Positions 9,834 to 18,337 of a DNA stretch of 51,373 nucleotides are shown here, piece after piece. Each line of letters starts with the position of its first letter. Position 1 is the stretch's first letter. A program made the position numbers and the translations under genes. Origin of the DNA: an uncultured Alphaproteobacteria bacterium (GTDB lineage: Bacteria; Pseudomonadota; Alphaproteobacteria; Rs-D84); NCBI GenBank assembly GCA_905236005.1, contig CAJONJ010000035.1:1-51373 (forward strand), read 5' to 3'. Below the pieces are notes generated by a model. It worked only from the letters and a program-made list of their open reading frames with translations, ran no database searches and was not told the DNA's origin.

Positions 9834-10102
9834 GCCGATAATCCACTAACAATGGGGAGGCGGAAGAAGAACGGTGTTGGTTTAATCCGCACTTACTAGA
9901 ACTTCCCGGGATTGCCCGTCACAGCAAAAGACTCTTTTATGGTATGGCGAATCCAGCGAGAGTTAAAAAGGTAACATTGGTGACAATGTTACAAAACAAG
10001 GTGGCACCACGTTGGTGTTATGTCTATCTGAAAACGATATGCATAATTATTTAACGTCCTTGTGTTCTTATTATAAACAATAATAACAAAACACAAAGGA
10101 GG
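9834..10102 (+). ncRNA. translational T-box riboswitch, ultrashort stem I, specifier AAC (Asn)
   Basis: Stem I 9834-9861; stem II GGAAG/CTTCC 9862-9906; IIA/B pseudoknot 9907-9927; stem III 9971-9992; ACAAGG-TGGCACC-ACGTT pairing with AACGT-CCTTGT; sequestrator covering the GGAGG RBS. Confidence 0.92.
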
Positions 10103-10107
10103 TTAAA

Positions 10108-11424
10108 ATGTCTAAAATAAGAACGCATATCGCCGAAATTCCACAAAAAATTGGCGAAATAATAACTGTCAAAGGTCACGTGCAAACATTGCGGTTGCAA
10201 TCCTGTATTGCTTTCATTGTTTTGCGTGAAATAACAGGAACTGTTCAATGTGTGGTTGAAAAGGGAACACCAGCATTTGAAACAGTTAAACAAATCACAA
10301 CTGAATCTGTTATATCAGTAACAGGAAAAGCTGTAAAAACCAAAAGTACAGAATCAGGATTTGAAATTCAGGTTTCAGAGATAAAAATAATATCTTTGGC
10401 AGAATCAACCCCGATACCTGTTACAACCAAAGGCAGCACCGAAGTAACGTCAGAAAAATCACAAGATTGGCGATTTTTATCGTTACGTTCACCACGCAGT
10501 GCAACAATAATGCGTGCGTTTTCTGCTATGATGTCAGGATATCAAGAATACTTGTCAAAACAAGGTTTTATTGGTATCCAGACACCCAAAATTATGGCAA
10601 CACCGTCTGAATCACGTGCTGAATTATTCAAAATAGAATATTTTGGACAAACAGCATATCTTGCACAATCACCACAATTGTTTAAACAAATGGCAATAGC
10701 CAGTGGTTTGGAACGGGTGTTTGAAATAGCACCTGCATTCAGAGCAGATAAATCTTTTACAACACGTCACGCAACAGAATTTACTTCTTTTGACGGTGAA
10801 ATGGCATACATTGAAAGTTTTGAAGAAGTAATGACAGAATTGGAAAAAACAATCGGTTATATGCTGACATCTATCAAGAAAGCATGTGGTAAAGAAATAG
10901 AGAAATATTTTGGTATTTCAGAATTTCAATTAAAAAAACCGATTCCACGTATCACTATGGCACGTGCAAAAGAAATATTGCGTGAAATGGGGTGTGCTTC
11001 AGAACAACCAGATATTACTACCGCAGAAGAGAAAGCTTTGGGTGATTATGTCAAAGAACATTTTGGTTCAGATTTTGTGTATATCACTGAATGGCCATGG
11101 GAAACACGTCCGTTTTATCACAAGAAAGGCACAGGCGAACATGGTGAACCAATATCTGTATCGGCTGACTTGTTATACAAAGGTGTTGAAATTGTGACAT
11201 GTGCTCAACGTGAAGAATCTTATGCTAAACTGTGTGAACAATTAAAAGAAAAAGGTTTGCACCAAGAAGGTTTGCAATGGTACCTAGATTGTTTCCGTTA
11301 TGGCATGCCGCCACATGGTGGATGGGGAATGGGGGGTGCACGTGTTATAAAACAACTGTTGGAATTGCCAACAATTCGTGAAGCTGTGTTTTTATTCCGT
11401 GGCCCATCACGTTTAATGCCTTAA
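10108..11424 (+). CDS. aspS: aspartate--tRNA ligase, archaeal/Deinococcus AspRS2 type, probably non-discriminating
   Basis: OB-fold N-term, AYLAQSPQLFKQ, FRAD..TTRHATEF, PPHGGWGMG; 438 aa with no GAD insertion. Confidence 0.9.
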   Translation: MSKIRTHIAEIPQKIGEIITVKGHVQTLRLQSCIAFIVLREITGTVQCVVEKGTPAFETVKQITTESVISVTGKAVKTKSTESGFEIQVSEIKIISLAESTPIPVTTKGSTEVTSEKSQDWRFLSLRSPRSATIMRAFSAMMSGYQEYLSKQGFIGIQTPKIMATPSESRAELFKIEYFGQTAYLAQSPQLFKQMAIASGLERVFEIAPAFRADKSFTTRHATEFTSFDGEMAYIESFEEVMTELEKTIGYMLTSIKKACGKEIEKYFGISEFQLKKPIPRITMARAKEILREMGCASEQPDITTAEEKALGDYVKEHFGSDFVYITEWPWETRPFYHKKGTGEHGEPISVSADLLYKGVEIVTCAQREESYAKLCEQLKEKGLHQEGLQWYLDCFRYGMPPHGGWGMGGARVIKQLLELPTIREAVFLFRGPSRLMP

Positions 11425-11429
11425 AAATA

Positions 11430-11457
11430 AAAAACCGTCCGTTTGGGCGGTTTTTTA
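11430..11457 (+). terminator. intrinsic terminator after aspS
   Basis: AAAAACCGTCC-GTTT-GGGCGGTTTTTT. Confidence 0.8.
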
Positions 11458-11514
11458 ATACTTGCAGTTTGGAATACTTATGGTTTTATCTTGCAAAAAA
11501 GAGGTAAAATCAAC

Positions 11515-12681
11515 ATGACACAAAAATCTATCACAGAACATGAAAATGCATTATTTGTATATGAAACAGAATTGATTAAATTGGGACGAAAATTGTATAA
11601 ACAACAACAAATGTTAACCGAAATAATAAAACAATTCTCGAATCAGATAAATATAAATTCAACAATAAATTGTACAGTGCCAACCATAGGAGATATGTTA
11701 AACCGTTTTGTTATCAAAAATGGCAAAAACAAAGAAGAAACTTTGCGAAAATACAAGGTGATATGCAAATATATGTATGCAGTTGGGTTAAAATCCAAAG
11801 ATAAATATTCAAAATTTCATAATGAATCTATGTTATTAAAAATTACAGATATAATTACAAATCGTGCTGATATCCAAGGTGACCAAAAAATTCGTCATAT
11901 GCGATGGATTATCAGTCTGGTAAAATTTGCAGTTGTTGCATATCCTGATTTATACAAACCAGATGTTTTGATTGGATTGCCAAATATCAAAAAAACACCT
12001 AAAAGTGCAAAACATCCGCATATTCCATACAATGATGAACAACTGAAAAAGATATTTAATCCCAGATATCAATTTTTTCATAAAAATCCTGATATATTTT
12101 GGGGATGTTTAATTGCATTATTTACAGGTTCCAGAAAAAATGCTGTGTTCACATTACAATACAAAGATATTATTCAACAAGACGGGATTTGGTGCATAAA
12201 TTTCATAGAAGATTACCCCGGTATAAAAAAATTAAAGACAGAAGATTCAGAACGTGTGGTGCCTATTCATTCAACACTGATAAAAATGGGCTTTCTGGAT
12301 TATATCAATCGGAAACCGCATATATCAGACACAGATTTTGTGTTTAAAACAACGTGTCTGACCCCAAAAGGATGTTTAAATTGCCATATGTCCAGTAATT
12401 TTTTTAGATTTTTGAAACAAATAGGAATAAAACATTCTAATTCCGAAAGATATGATTTTCACTCTTTTCGCAAAAATGCAAATATAGCAATGGAACAAAG
12501 TGGTATTATACGTACTTATATAGATAAAATCATTGGTTGGATGAGCAGGGGCAGTGAAGGTGAACGTTCGTATTCAAATTATACAATCACACAAATATCA
12601 CAACAATTAGAATTATTGCATTACGATTGTTTAAAAAATGAATTCAGACAATGGAAAAAAATAATGGCTGAACTGTCTTGA
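11515..12681 (+). CDS. tyrosine recombinase/integrase
   Basis: LFTGSR, KLKT...R.VPIH, FHSFR, IIGW, SY catalytic set; GAGGT RBS before ATG 11515. Confidence 0.85.
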   Translation: MTQKSITEHENALFVYETELIKLGRKLYKQQQMLTEIIKQFSNQININSTINCTVPTIGDMLNRFVIKNGKNKEETLRKYKVICKYMYAVGLKSKDKYSKFHNESMLLKITDIITNRADIQGDQKIRHMRWIISLVKFAVVAYPDLYKPDVLIGLPNIKKTPKSAKHPHIPYNDEQLKKIFNPRYQFFHKNPDIFWGCLIALFTGSRKNAVFTLQYKDIIQQDGIWCINFIEDYPGIKKLKTEDSERVVPIHSTLIKMGFLDYINRKPHISDTDFVFKTTCLTPKGCLNCHMSSNFFRFLKQIGIKHSNSERYDFHSFRKNANIAMEQSGIIRTYIDKIIGWMSRGSEGERSYSNYTITQISQQLELLHYDCLKNEFRQWKKIMAELS

Positions 12682-12736
12682 TATTTCTGATTGGTTTGGT
12701 TACAATGTCTATGCGATATATCAAGGTGGACAGCCC

Positions 12737-13780
12737 ATGTATAAAGATAATAATGATTTGATTAACGACAAAGCCAATACTGATATTGTTAAAAATGTAC
12801 AACAAATTTTAAATGTTTTACATGATTCAACAGTTGGTTTTTTTAGATTACAAAACTTTGTCCACAAAACAGTCCAAAGTTTGCCGGATGAACAACAAAA
12901 CAGGATATTACGATCACAAGATTCTTTCAAAAGAATTATTTATAGACACATCTGTCTGGAAATACAAAAAAATGTGTCACTAAAAGATTTAGACAAATCT
13001 GTTGTAAACAAAATACATGAAATATTAGAAAATCCACGTAGCTTAAATTTACAATGGCAAGATATTCAAGATGACGATAACAAAAATCACAGATTGATGC
13101 TGGACGAATTAAAATTCGGCATCAGTGCAGAAAATATAATGAAATATGGATTTCAGTTTTCTTGTGGAAACAAAGCAAAGGCATTTCAGTATGTAAATGC
13201 ACACCCAGAAAAATATCCGAATTTCCCATTTAAAACAATTCCTGATGTAAAAATTATAACGACAACGTGTTGGAATAATTTGGATGATGGTATGTCTGGG
13301 CATACTGTGCCATGTGTTAAAATGGCAGATGGAAATTATTATGCTGTTGATCCAGTAAACCAAGATGCAATATTTATCGTTTCTAAAATACAACAGGGCA
13401 ATACAATATATCATTTATTAAATTCTATGCAGAATACACCATACAGAATCATGCAAATTACCGATACAGAATTTGATGATTGGCATGATTTTATAAAAGT
13501 ATCCAAAATAAATAAAAATACTGCGGAACGTTTTTTGGACGGTGAAGAAATAAAACATGTTGTGGGGGCAGATGCTATACAAGAATATCTGACTGCTTGG
13601 AATCAAGGAACAAATGCTTTAAATACGTATCATAAAAAACAATGTGATATAATACGCCAAAGACGCAATTTACAACAATATAAACGGACAGCATCAAATT
13701 TAAAAAAACAAATATCAAAACAATCAAAAATATCGGTGGTATCTAACAAAGATGTATTTAAAGATTGTGGTCTATCTTGA
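12737..13780 (+). CDS. hypothetical protein with possible Cys-His-Asp (transglutaminase/papain-like) triad
   Basis: SCGNKAKAF...GHTV...YAVDP; 347-aa ORF with AAGGTGG RBS. Confidence 0.5.
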   Translation: MYKDNNDLINDKANTDIVKNVQQILNVLHDSTVGFFRLQNFVHKTVQSLPDEQQNRILRSQDSFKRIIYRHICLEIQKNVSLKDLDKSVVNKIHEILENPRSLNLQWQDIQDDDNKNHRLMLDELKFGISAENIMKYGFQFSCGNKAKAFQYVNAHPEKYPNFPFKTIPDVKIITTTCWNNLDDGMSGHTVPCVKMADGNYYAVDPVNQDAIFIVSKIQQGNTIYHLLNSMQNTPYRIMQITDTEFDDWHDFIKVSKINKNTAERFLDGEEIKHVVGADAIQEYLTAWNQGTNALNTYHKKQCDIIRQRRNLQQYKRTASNLKKQISKQSKISVVSNKDVFKDCGLS

Positions 13781-14012
13781 CATTTTACAGAAATATTTTA
13801 TGCATAAACAGTCCGGGTTGCAAACAAGCCCGTAAAGTTGTGTCCAAAAACGTTCAAAATGTTCGTCGTGTGATGGGGTTAAATTACTTTGAAAATAATA
13901 CTATCTTGGACGAATATAAAATAAAATACGAAAAATAAAATGAGATTAAACATACCACAATACAAAGGTCTTGACAATTGATTGTAGTGGTGTACACTGA
14001 AATCAGTTGGAT

Positions 14013-15014
14013 ATGAATAGTGGATGTATAATTTCTACCAAAGATGCAGTGCCGTCTTTTGTAATGTCGGACGGTGGCGGGTGTTCCTTGGTCGTTTATC
14101 CACGTATACATGCGTTTAGTTTAGATTTGTCTGTTCTTTGTGGTATTATAAAGCACGGTGCGTTCGGTTTTTCTTTAACAGATTTTCCTATTTATGTAAA
14201 TACACGGATAAATTCAAACGGCAAAGATCGTATTGTAAGTTGTGGTTGCAATGTATCGGTCTTAGATTATGATTTTAATTTAGACTTATTAAGAAAATTT
14301 ATAGGTGTAGAAGATTTTTATGATATAGAGATAAAAGTCAGTAAAAATGTGCGTGAACATATTGGACTTGGCTGTTCTACACAGATTTATAGTGCTGTGC
14401 TGTTGTGTTGTGCTAAGAATTCTGGAATAAATTTGAATATTCAAGATTTGTTTTCGCTTGGGGTTGGTCACAGTTCTACTCTCGGTTTAAATCTAGTATT
14501 TAATCCTGGTTATATAATAGAAACGGGAGTTGTGTTTGAAAACAAAGTGGAAACAGTGTCAAATTGTATTTATAAATTCAATGATTTTCCTTTCTATTCT
14601 ATTGTCGGAATACCAAAAACAGCAAACAGTATATCTGGTAGTTTAGAAAATGATTTCTGGGATAATTTATTACCAGATAAACCAGAAGAATCTTTGAAAA
14701 TTGCTTATCAAGTATTTCAAAATATGGTGCCAGGTATAGTCACAAAAAATTTTGATCAATTTATTAGTTCGTTGTCAAATATAGTTTCTATGGGGACTAA
14801 ACCGTTTGAAACCAGAATACAACCCCAACGAACTATAAATCTATTACAATACTTAAAACAAGAATTTGGATTTGCTGCGGTTAGCTCTATGGGGCCTTCT
14901 GTCTACACTTTTTCAGATAAAAATCCTAGGAATCTTGTGGAAAAGTTAAATGAATATTTTGCAGATTTCAATTTTATCATTATAAAACCAAAGGTTGAGC
15001 ATGCGACAATATAA
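14013..15014 (+). CDS. beta-RFAP synthase-like GHMP-fold protein (C-glycoside synthase family)
   Basis: PRIHAFSLDL, GAFGFSL, HIGLGCSTQ, LGVGHSSTLG...GYIIETG, SSMGPSVY match the family motifs; start 14007 (TTG) also possible. Confidence 0.78.
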   Translation: MNSGCIISTKDAVPSFVMSDGGGCSLVVYPRIHAFSLDLSVLCGIIKHGAFGFSLTDFPIYVNTRINSNGKDRIVSCGCNVSVLDYDFNLDLLRKFIGVEDFYDIEIKVSKNVREHIGLGCSTQIYSAVLLCCAKNSGINLNIQDLFSLGVGHSSTLGLNLVFNPGYIIETGVVFENKVETVSNCIYKFNDFPFYSIVGIPKTANSISGSLENDFWDNLLPDKPEESLKIAYQVFQNMVPGIVTKNFDQFISSLSNIVSMGTKPFETRIQPQRTINLLQYLKQEFGFAAVSSMGPSVYTFSDKNPRNLVEKLNEYFADFNFIIIKPKVEHATI

Positions 15015-16143
15015 ATTTGATACAAAAATTATAGCTGCTTGGGGTTGTTTAGGAAAAACCACATTTGCAAAAAAATATCCTAGTATAGCACTAGATTTAG
15101 AATCTGTGCAGTACAATTATAAGTATGATTTTAGAGAGTTAACCGATGAAATAGCAAAATTCAACCCATGCTTAGGACAATTTATCCATGAATTATATCC
15201 GTATAATTATGTAGGAGCAATATTATCTAATTTAGGAAGATATAGATACATTTTTATTACTTTAGCTAGAGAAATACTGCGTGAACTAGATAATTTGGGC
15301 TTGCCATATACAATAGTTTACCCATCTGTAACAAGAAAAGAGAAAATATTAAAAGATGCAGAAAAACGTGGTAATACCAAAGTGTTTTTGAATGTTATCA
15401 ATGAAATTTTGAGTTCTAATGAGGAATATGCTAGTTTAACTCAGCATTTCAATTATCAAAACTTTGATATTATACGTGATGATGAATATATTGAAGATTA
15501 TTTGAAACGTAAACATAATTTTATGTGTTCAGATGTTTTCTTTATACATGGAGCGCCAGGAGCAGGTAAGGATACGTTATCACAAAAATATATTCAAGAG
15601 CATCCTTTGTGTGGTCACATATCTATGGGGGACATTTATAGACAAATAGGAACAAATACTTTTGTGTCTCAATTTAGAGATGTATTATTTGAAGATGTAA
15701 AAAATAATAGACTTTCTAAGGCTGAAACCACGGGTGGGGTTTTGTTTGAAGCTGTTGCACATAAGTTATTTGATACATATTTGATATCTGGGTTTCCACA
15801 TCATGTATCAGAAATAGATTTTTTTAAAACACATTCTGTGGAATATAACATAAATACATCTAATATAGTGTTTTTACGTGTTTCTAGAAATCAAGCTATC
15901 CAAAGGATGATTAATAGGGGGCTCCGAGTGCTAGAAAATCTTAAAATGTATCAAAATGAAACCGTATCAGATTATTATGCTAGAAGATATCAAGAATACG
16001 TTGCACAACAGCCAACGTTATTAAATACACTTCAAAAATTAACAGATATTAAATATATCAATGCTGATAACGAATTTAGTATAGTATATGATGATTTCTG
16101 TAAAGTTGTGGATTTAAGTAATAAATTACAAAAGTTGAGATAA
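15001..16143 (+). CDS. tandem two-domain P-loop nucleotide kinase (C-terminal adenylate-kinase-like)
   Basis: AAWGCLGKTT..ALDLES and HGAPGAGKDT..HISMGDIYR..SGFP. Confidence 0.75.
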   Translation: MRQYKFDTKIIAAWGCLGKTTFAKKYPSIALDLESVQYNYKYDFRELTDEIAKFNPCLGQFIHELYPYNYVGAILSNLGRYRYIFITLAREILRELDNLGLPYTIVYPSVTRKEKILKDAEKRGNTKVFLNVINEILSSNEEYASLTQHFNYQNFDIIRDDEYIEDYLKRKHNFMCSDVFFIHGAPGAGKDTLSQKYIQEHPLCGHISMGDIYRQIGTNTFVSQFRDVLFEDVKNNRLSKAETTGGVLFEAVAHKLFDTYLISGFPHHVSEIDFFKTHSVEYNINTSNIVFLRVSRNQAIQRMINRGLRVLENLKMYQNETVSDYYARRYQEYVAQQPTLLNTLQKLTDIKYINADNEFSIVYDDFCKVVDLSNKLQKLR

Positions 16144-17183
16144 TGTCAGTAGATGTATCCATTATAATTGCTAATTATAACAATGAAAAATACATAGAAG
16201 ATTGTTTGCGTTCTGTTCAACAACAAAATTTTAATAATCTGGAAATTGTGATAGTTGATGATGGTAGCACAGATGATTCTGTCAAAAAAATCAAGCAGTT
16301 TATACATAAGGATTCCAGATTTGTTTTGGTTCAACTTGAAAAAAACCGGGGTGTCAGTGTTGCCAGAAACACAGGCTTACAAAGGGCTAAGGGAAAATAT
16401 ATAACGTTTTTAGATTCTGACGATTGTATGACCCCGGATGCCATAAGTATTTTATATGATATTGCATGTAAACATGATGCTGATGCTGTAAAAGCACAAA
16501 GAATTAAAGTATTAGAAAATTTTAAGTTAGATAAAATACCTAAAAATAAACATGCTATATACAAAGAAACGGTCGTCTTAAACCCGGCTAAACAAATGGA
16601 TGCATGGTTTTCTGATCCAATGTTTGTATGGTTATATTTGTGTAAAAAATCTATATTATTAAAACAAAAATTTATAAAAAATATGCGTCCTTGTGAAGAT
16701 GTAAATTTTATTATAAAATTAATTCCGTATATTAATAAGTTAATATTAGTTGATTATATATCGGTATTTTACAGATTGTCCGATAATAGTATTATGCAAA
16801 ATTATGTTGTGTCAAACAAGACAATCAAATCCAAGTTAATTTCTTTTATAGATATCAATAATTTTTTTGATGCAAACAAAAACGACTGTTCTGTTAATTA
16901 TCAATATATATCAAATAAGTTAATGTGTGATTTATTATTAATAGATATTTTTTATATACCATTAATAGAAAGACAAAATTTATTAAGTGTTGGAAGTAAA
17001 ATTATGCAATTCATATGCAGAAAATATTCTATATACAAATATTATAACATGCGTACTCGTCTAGCAATATGGGCTTTTAAGAATAAATGGTATAAATTAG
17101 CACGTTTCTGGCTAGACAACGATTATTTTAGCAAATATACCAGATTAAAAAAGGAGAATATATATGAGGACACAAACTGTTAG
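16143..17183 (+). CDS. GT2 family glycosyltransferase
   Basis: IIANYN, VDDGSTD, FLDSDD, CED; TAATG coupling to upstream gene. Confidence 0.85.
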   Translation: MSVDVSIIIANYNNEKYIEDCLRSVQQQNFNNLEIVIVDDGSTDDSVKKIKQFIHKDSRFVLVQLEKNRGVSVARNTGLQRAKGKYITFLDSDDCMTPDAISILYDIACKHDADAVKAQRIKVLENFKLDKIPKNKHAIYKETVVLNPAKQMDAWFSDPMFVWLYLCKKSILLKQKFIKNMRPCEDVNFIIKLIPYINKLILVDYISVFYRLSDNSIMQNYVVSNKTIKSKLISFIDINNFFDANKNDCSVNYQYISNKLMCDLLLIDIFYIPLIERQNLLSVGSKIMQFICRKYSIYKYYNMRTRLAIWAFKNKWYKLARFWLDNDYFSKYTRLKKENIYEDTNC

Positions 17184-17571
17184 CCGTTGTTTGATTATAC
17201 AGGAAGATAATATCATTTTATGTAAAAATATTGCAGGTGATTATTATTTTTTGCCGGGGGGCGGATTAGAAATAGGTGAAACATTAAATCAATGTATAAC
17301 TCGTGAATTAAATGAAGAAATGGGGATTCTAGAAACTGATATACATATTCATGATGGAATAATTTTGGCTGTTGAAAATCAGGGGTATGACTCAAATGGG
17401 CGGTTTATGTATGGTATAGAACTTGTAAAGCGGGTAGATATAAATGTTACCGATATACACAGTCAAGAAGATTTAATAGATTTTGAAAAAATCAAAATAT
17501 CTGATTTACCTAACACTCGTTTATATCCAGAAGTTATTAAAAATTGGGTGATAAAACACGTGTCGGTTTAA
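17164..17571 (+). CDS. NUDIX hydrolase
   Basis: PGGGLEIGETLNQCITRELNEEMG Nudix box. Confidence 0.9.
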   Translation: MRTQTVSRCLIIQEDNIILCKNIAGDYYFLPGGGLEIGETLNQCITRELNEEMGILETDIHIHDGIILAVENQGYDSNGRFMYGIELVKRVDINVTDIHSQEDLIDFEKIKISDLPNTRLYPEVIKNWVIKHVSV

Positions 17572-17593
17572 ATAATAATGTGAGTTTCTACCT

Positions 17594-18337
17594 ATGTTAG
17601 ATATTAACAAATATAACTTTTTTGTTTTTGATTTAGATGGAACTTTAATAGATTCTCATGGTTTTTATGATATTATGGACAGTGTATATGTCCAACATCT
17701 ATATAATAAAACTGTTTCAGTCAAGTTTCTAGCGGATTTAGAGATGCTGTTCAGGAAACGTTTAAACACAGCTTATTCTATGGATTATTATATGTTGTTA
17801 GATAAATATTATGGTAAAGGAAATTTAAATGAAAATCAGATATTGCAAAAATTGCGTTTTGTAAAAGAAAATTTTATACTGCCAAAGATTAAATTTAAGA
17901 AATGGGCTGTGGATACCCTAACAGAATTAAAAAACATATATAATGTTAAGAAATTTGCACTGGTAACGGGCTCTAATAAACAAGAAATAGATTTCTTTTC
18001 TAATGATAGTAGGTCTGATTTAAAAAACAGTTTAAATATCAATTCCTTTTTTGATGTGATTATTACTAGGGATGATGTAACTAATTTAAAACCAAACCCA
18101 GAATCATACAATTTAGTTTTAAAAAAATTGCATATACAGAATTCAGCAGAAATGTTGGTTTTTGAAGATTCTTTAGATGGAATATTAGCAGCTAAAGCCA
18201 GCAAGGCTTGTGTTATCGGAATAAGAAATGATTATATGTTGAGAGATAGGTTTAAAATACAAGCATTGTCAGATTATTACTATAATGATTGGTATAGTGT
18301 TTTAAAGACAATAAGGTATAAGCATGCAACAAGATAA
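17594..18337 (+). CDS. HAD-family phosphatase
   Basis: FDLDGTLIDS, VTGS, KPNP, FEDS. Confidence 0.9.
   Translation: MLDINKYNFFVFDLDGTLIDSHGFYDIMDSVYVQHLYNKTVSVKFLADLEMLFRKRLNTAYSMDYYMLLDKYYGKGNLNENQILQKLRFVKENFILPKIKFKKWAVDTLTELKNIYNVKKFALVTGSNKQEIDFFSNDSRSDLKNSLNINSFFDVIITRDDVTNLKPNPESYNLVLKKLHIQNSAEMLVFEDSLDGILAAKASKACVIGIRNDYMLRDRFKIQALSDYYYNDWYSVLKTIRYKHATR

Noticed and set aside
9698-9892. 64-aa minus-strand ORF
   Set aside because: Overlaps the T-box and its promoter antisense; no RBS or recognisable motif
9930-9932. GAC (Asp codon) as the T-box specifier
   Set aside because: It lies downstream of the IIA/B pseudoknot, not in the stem I loop; alignment to ileS-type T-boxes places AAC 9848-9850 at the specifier position
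10108-11424. Asparagine--tRNA ligase call
   Set aside because: LAQSPQLFKQ motif is AspRS-type rather than the AsnRS-type SGQL.E motif
14013-15014. Methanopterin biosynthesis / C1 metabolism
   Set aside because: No other H4MPT genes in the window; neighbours are nucleotide-processing enzymes
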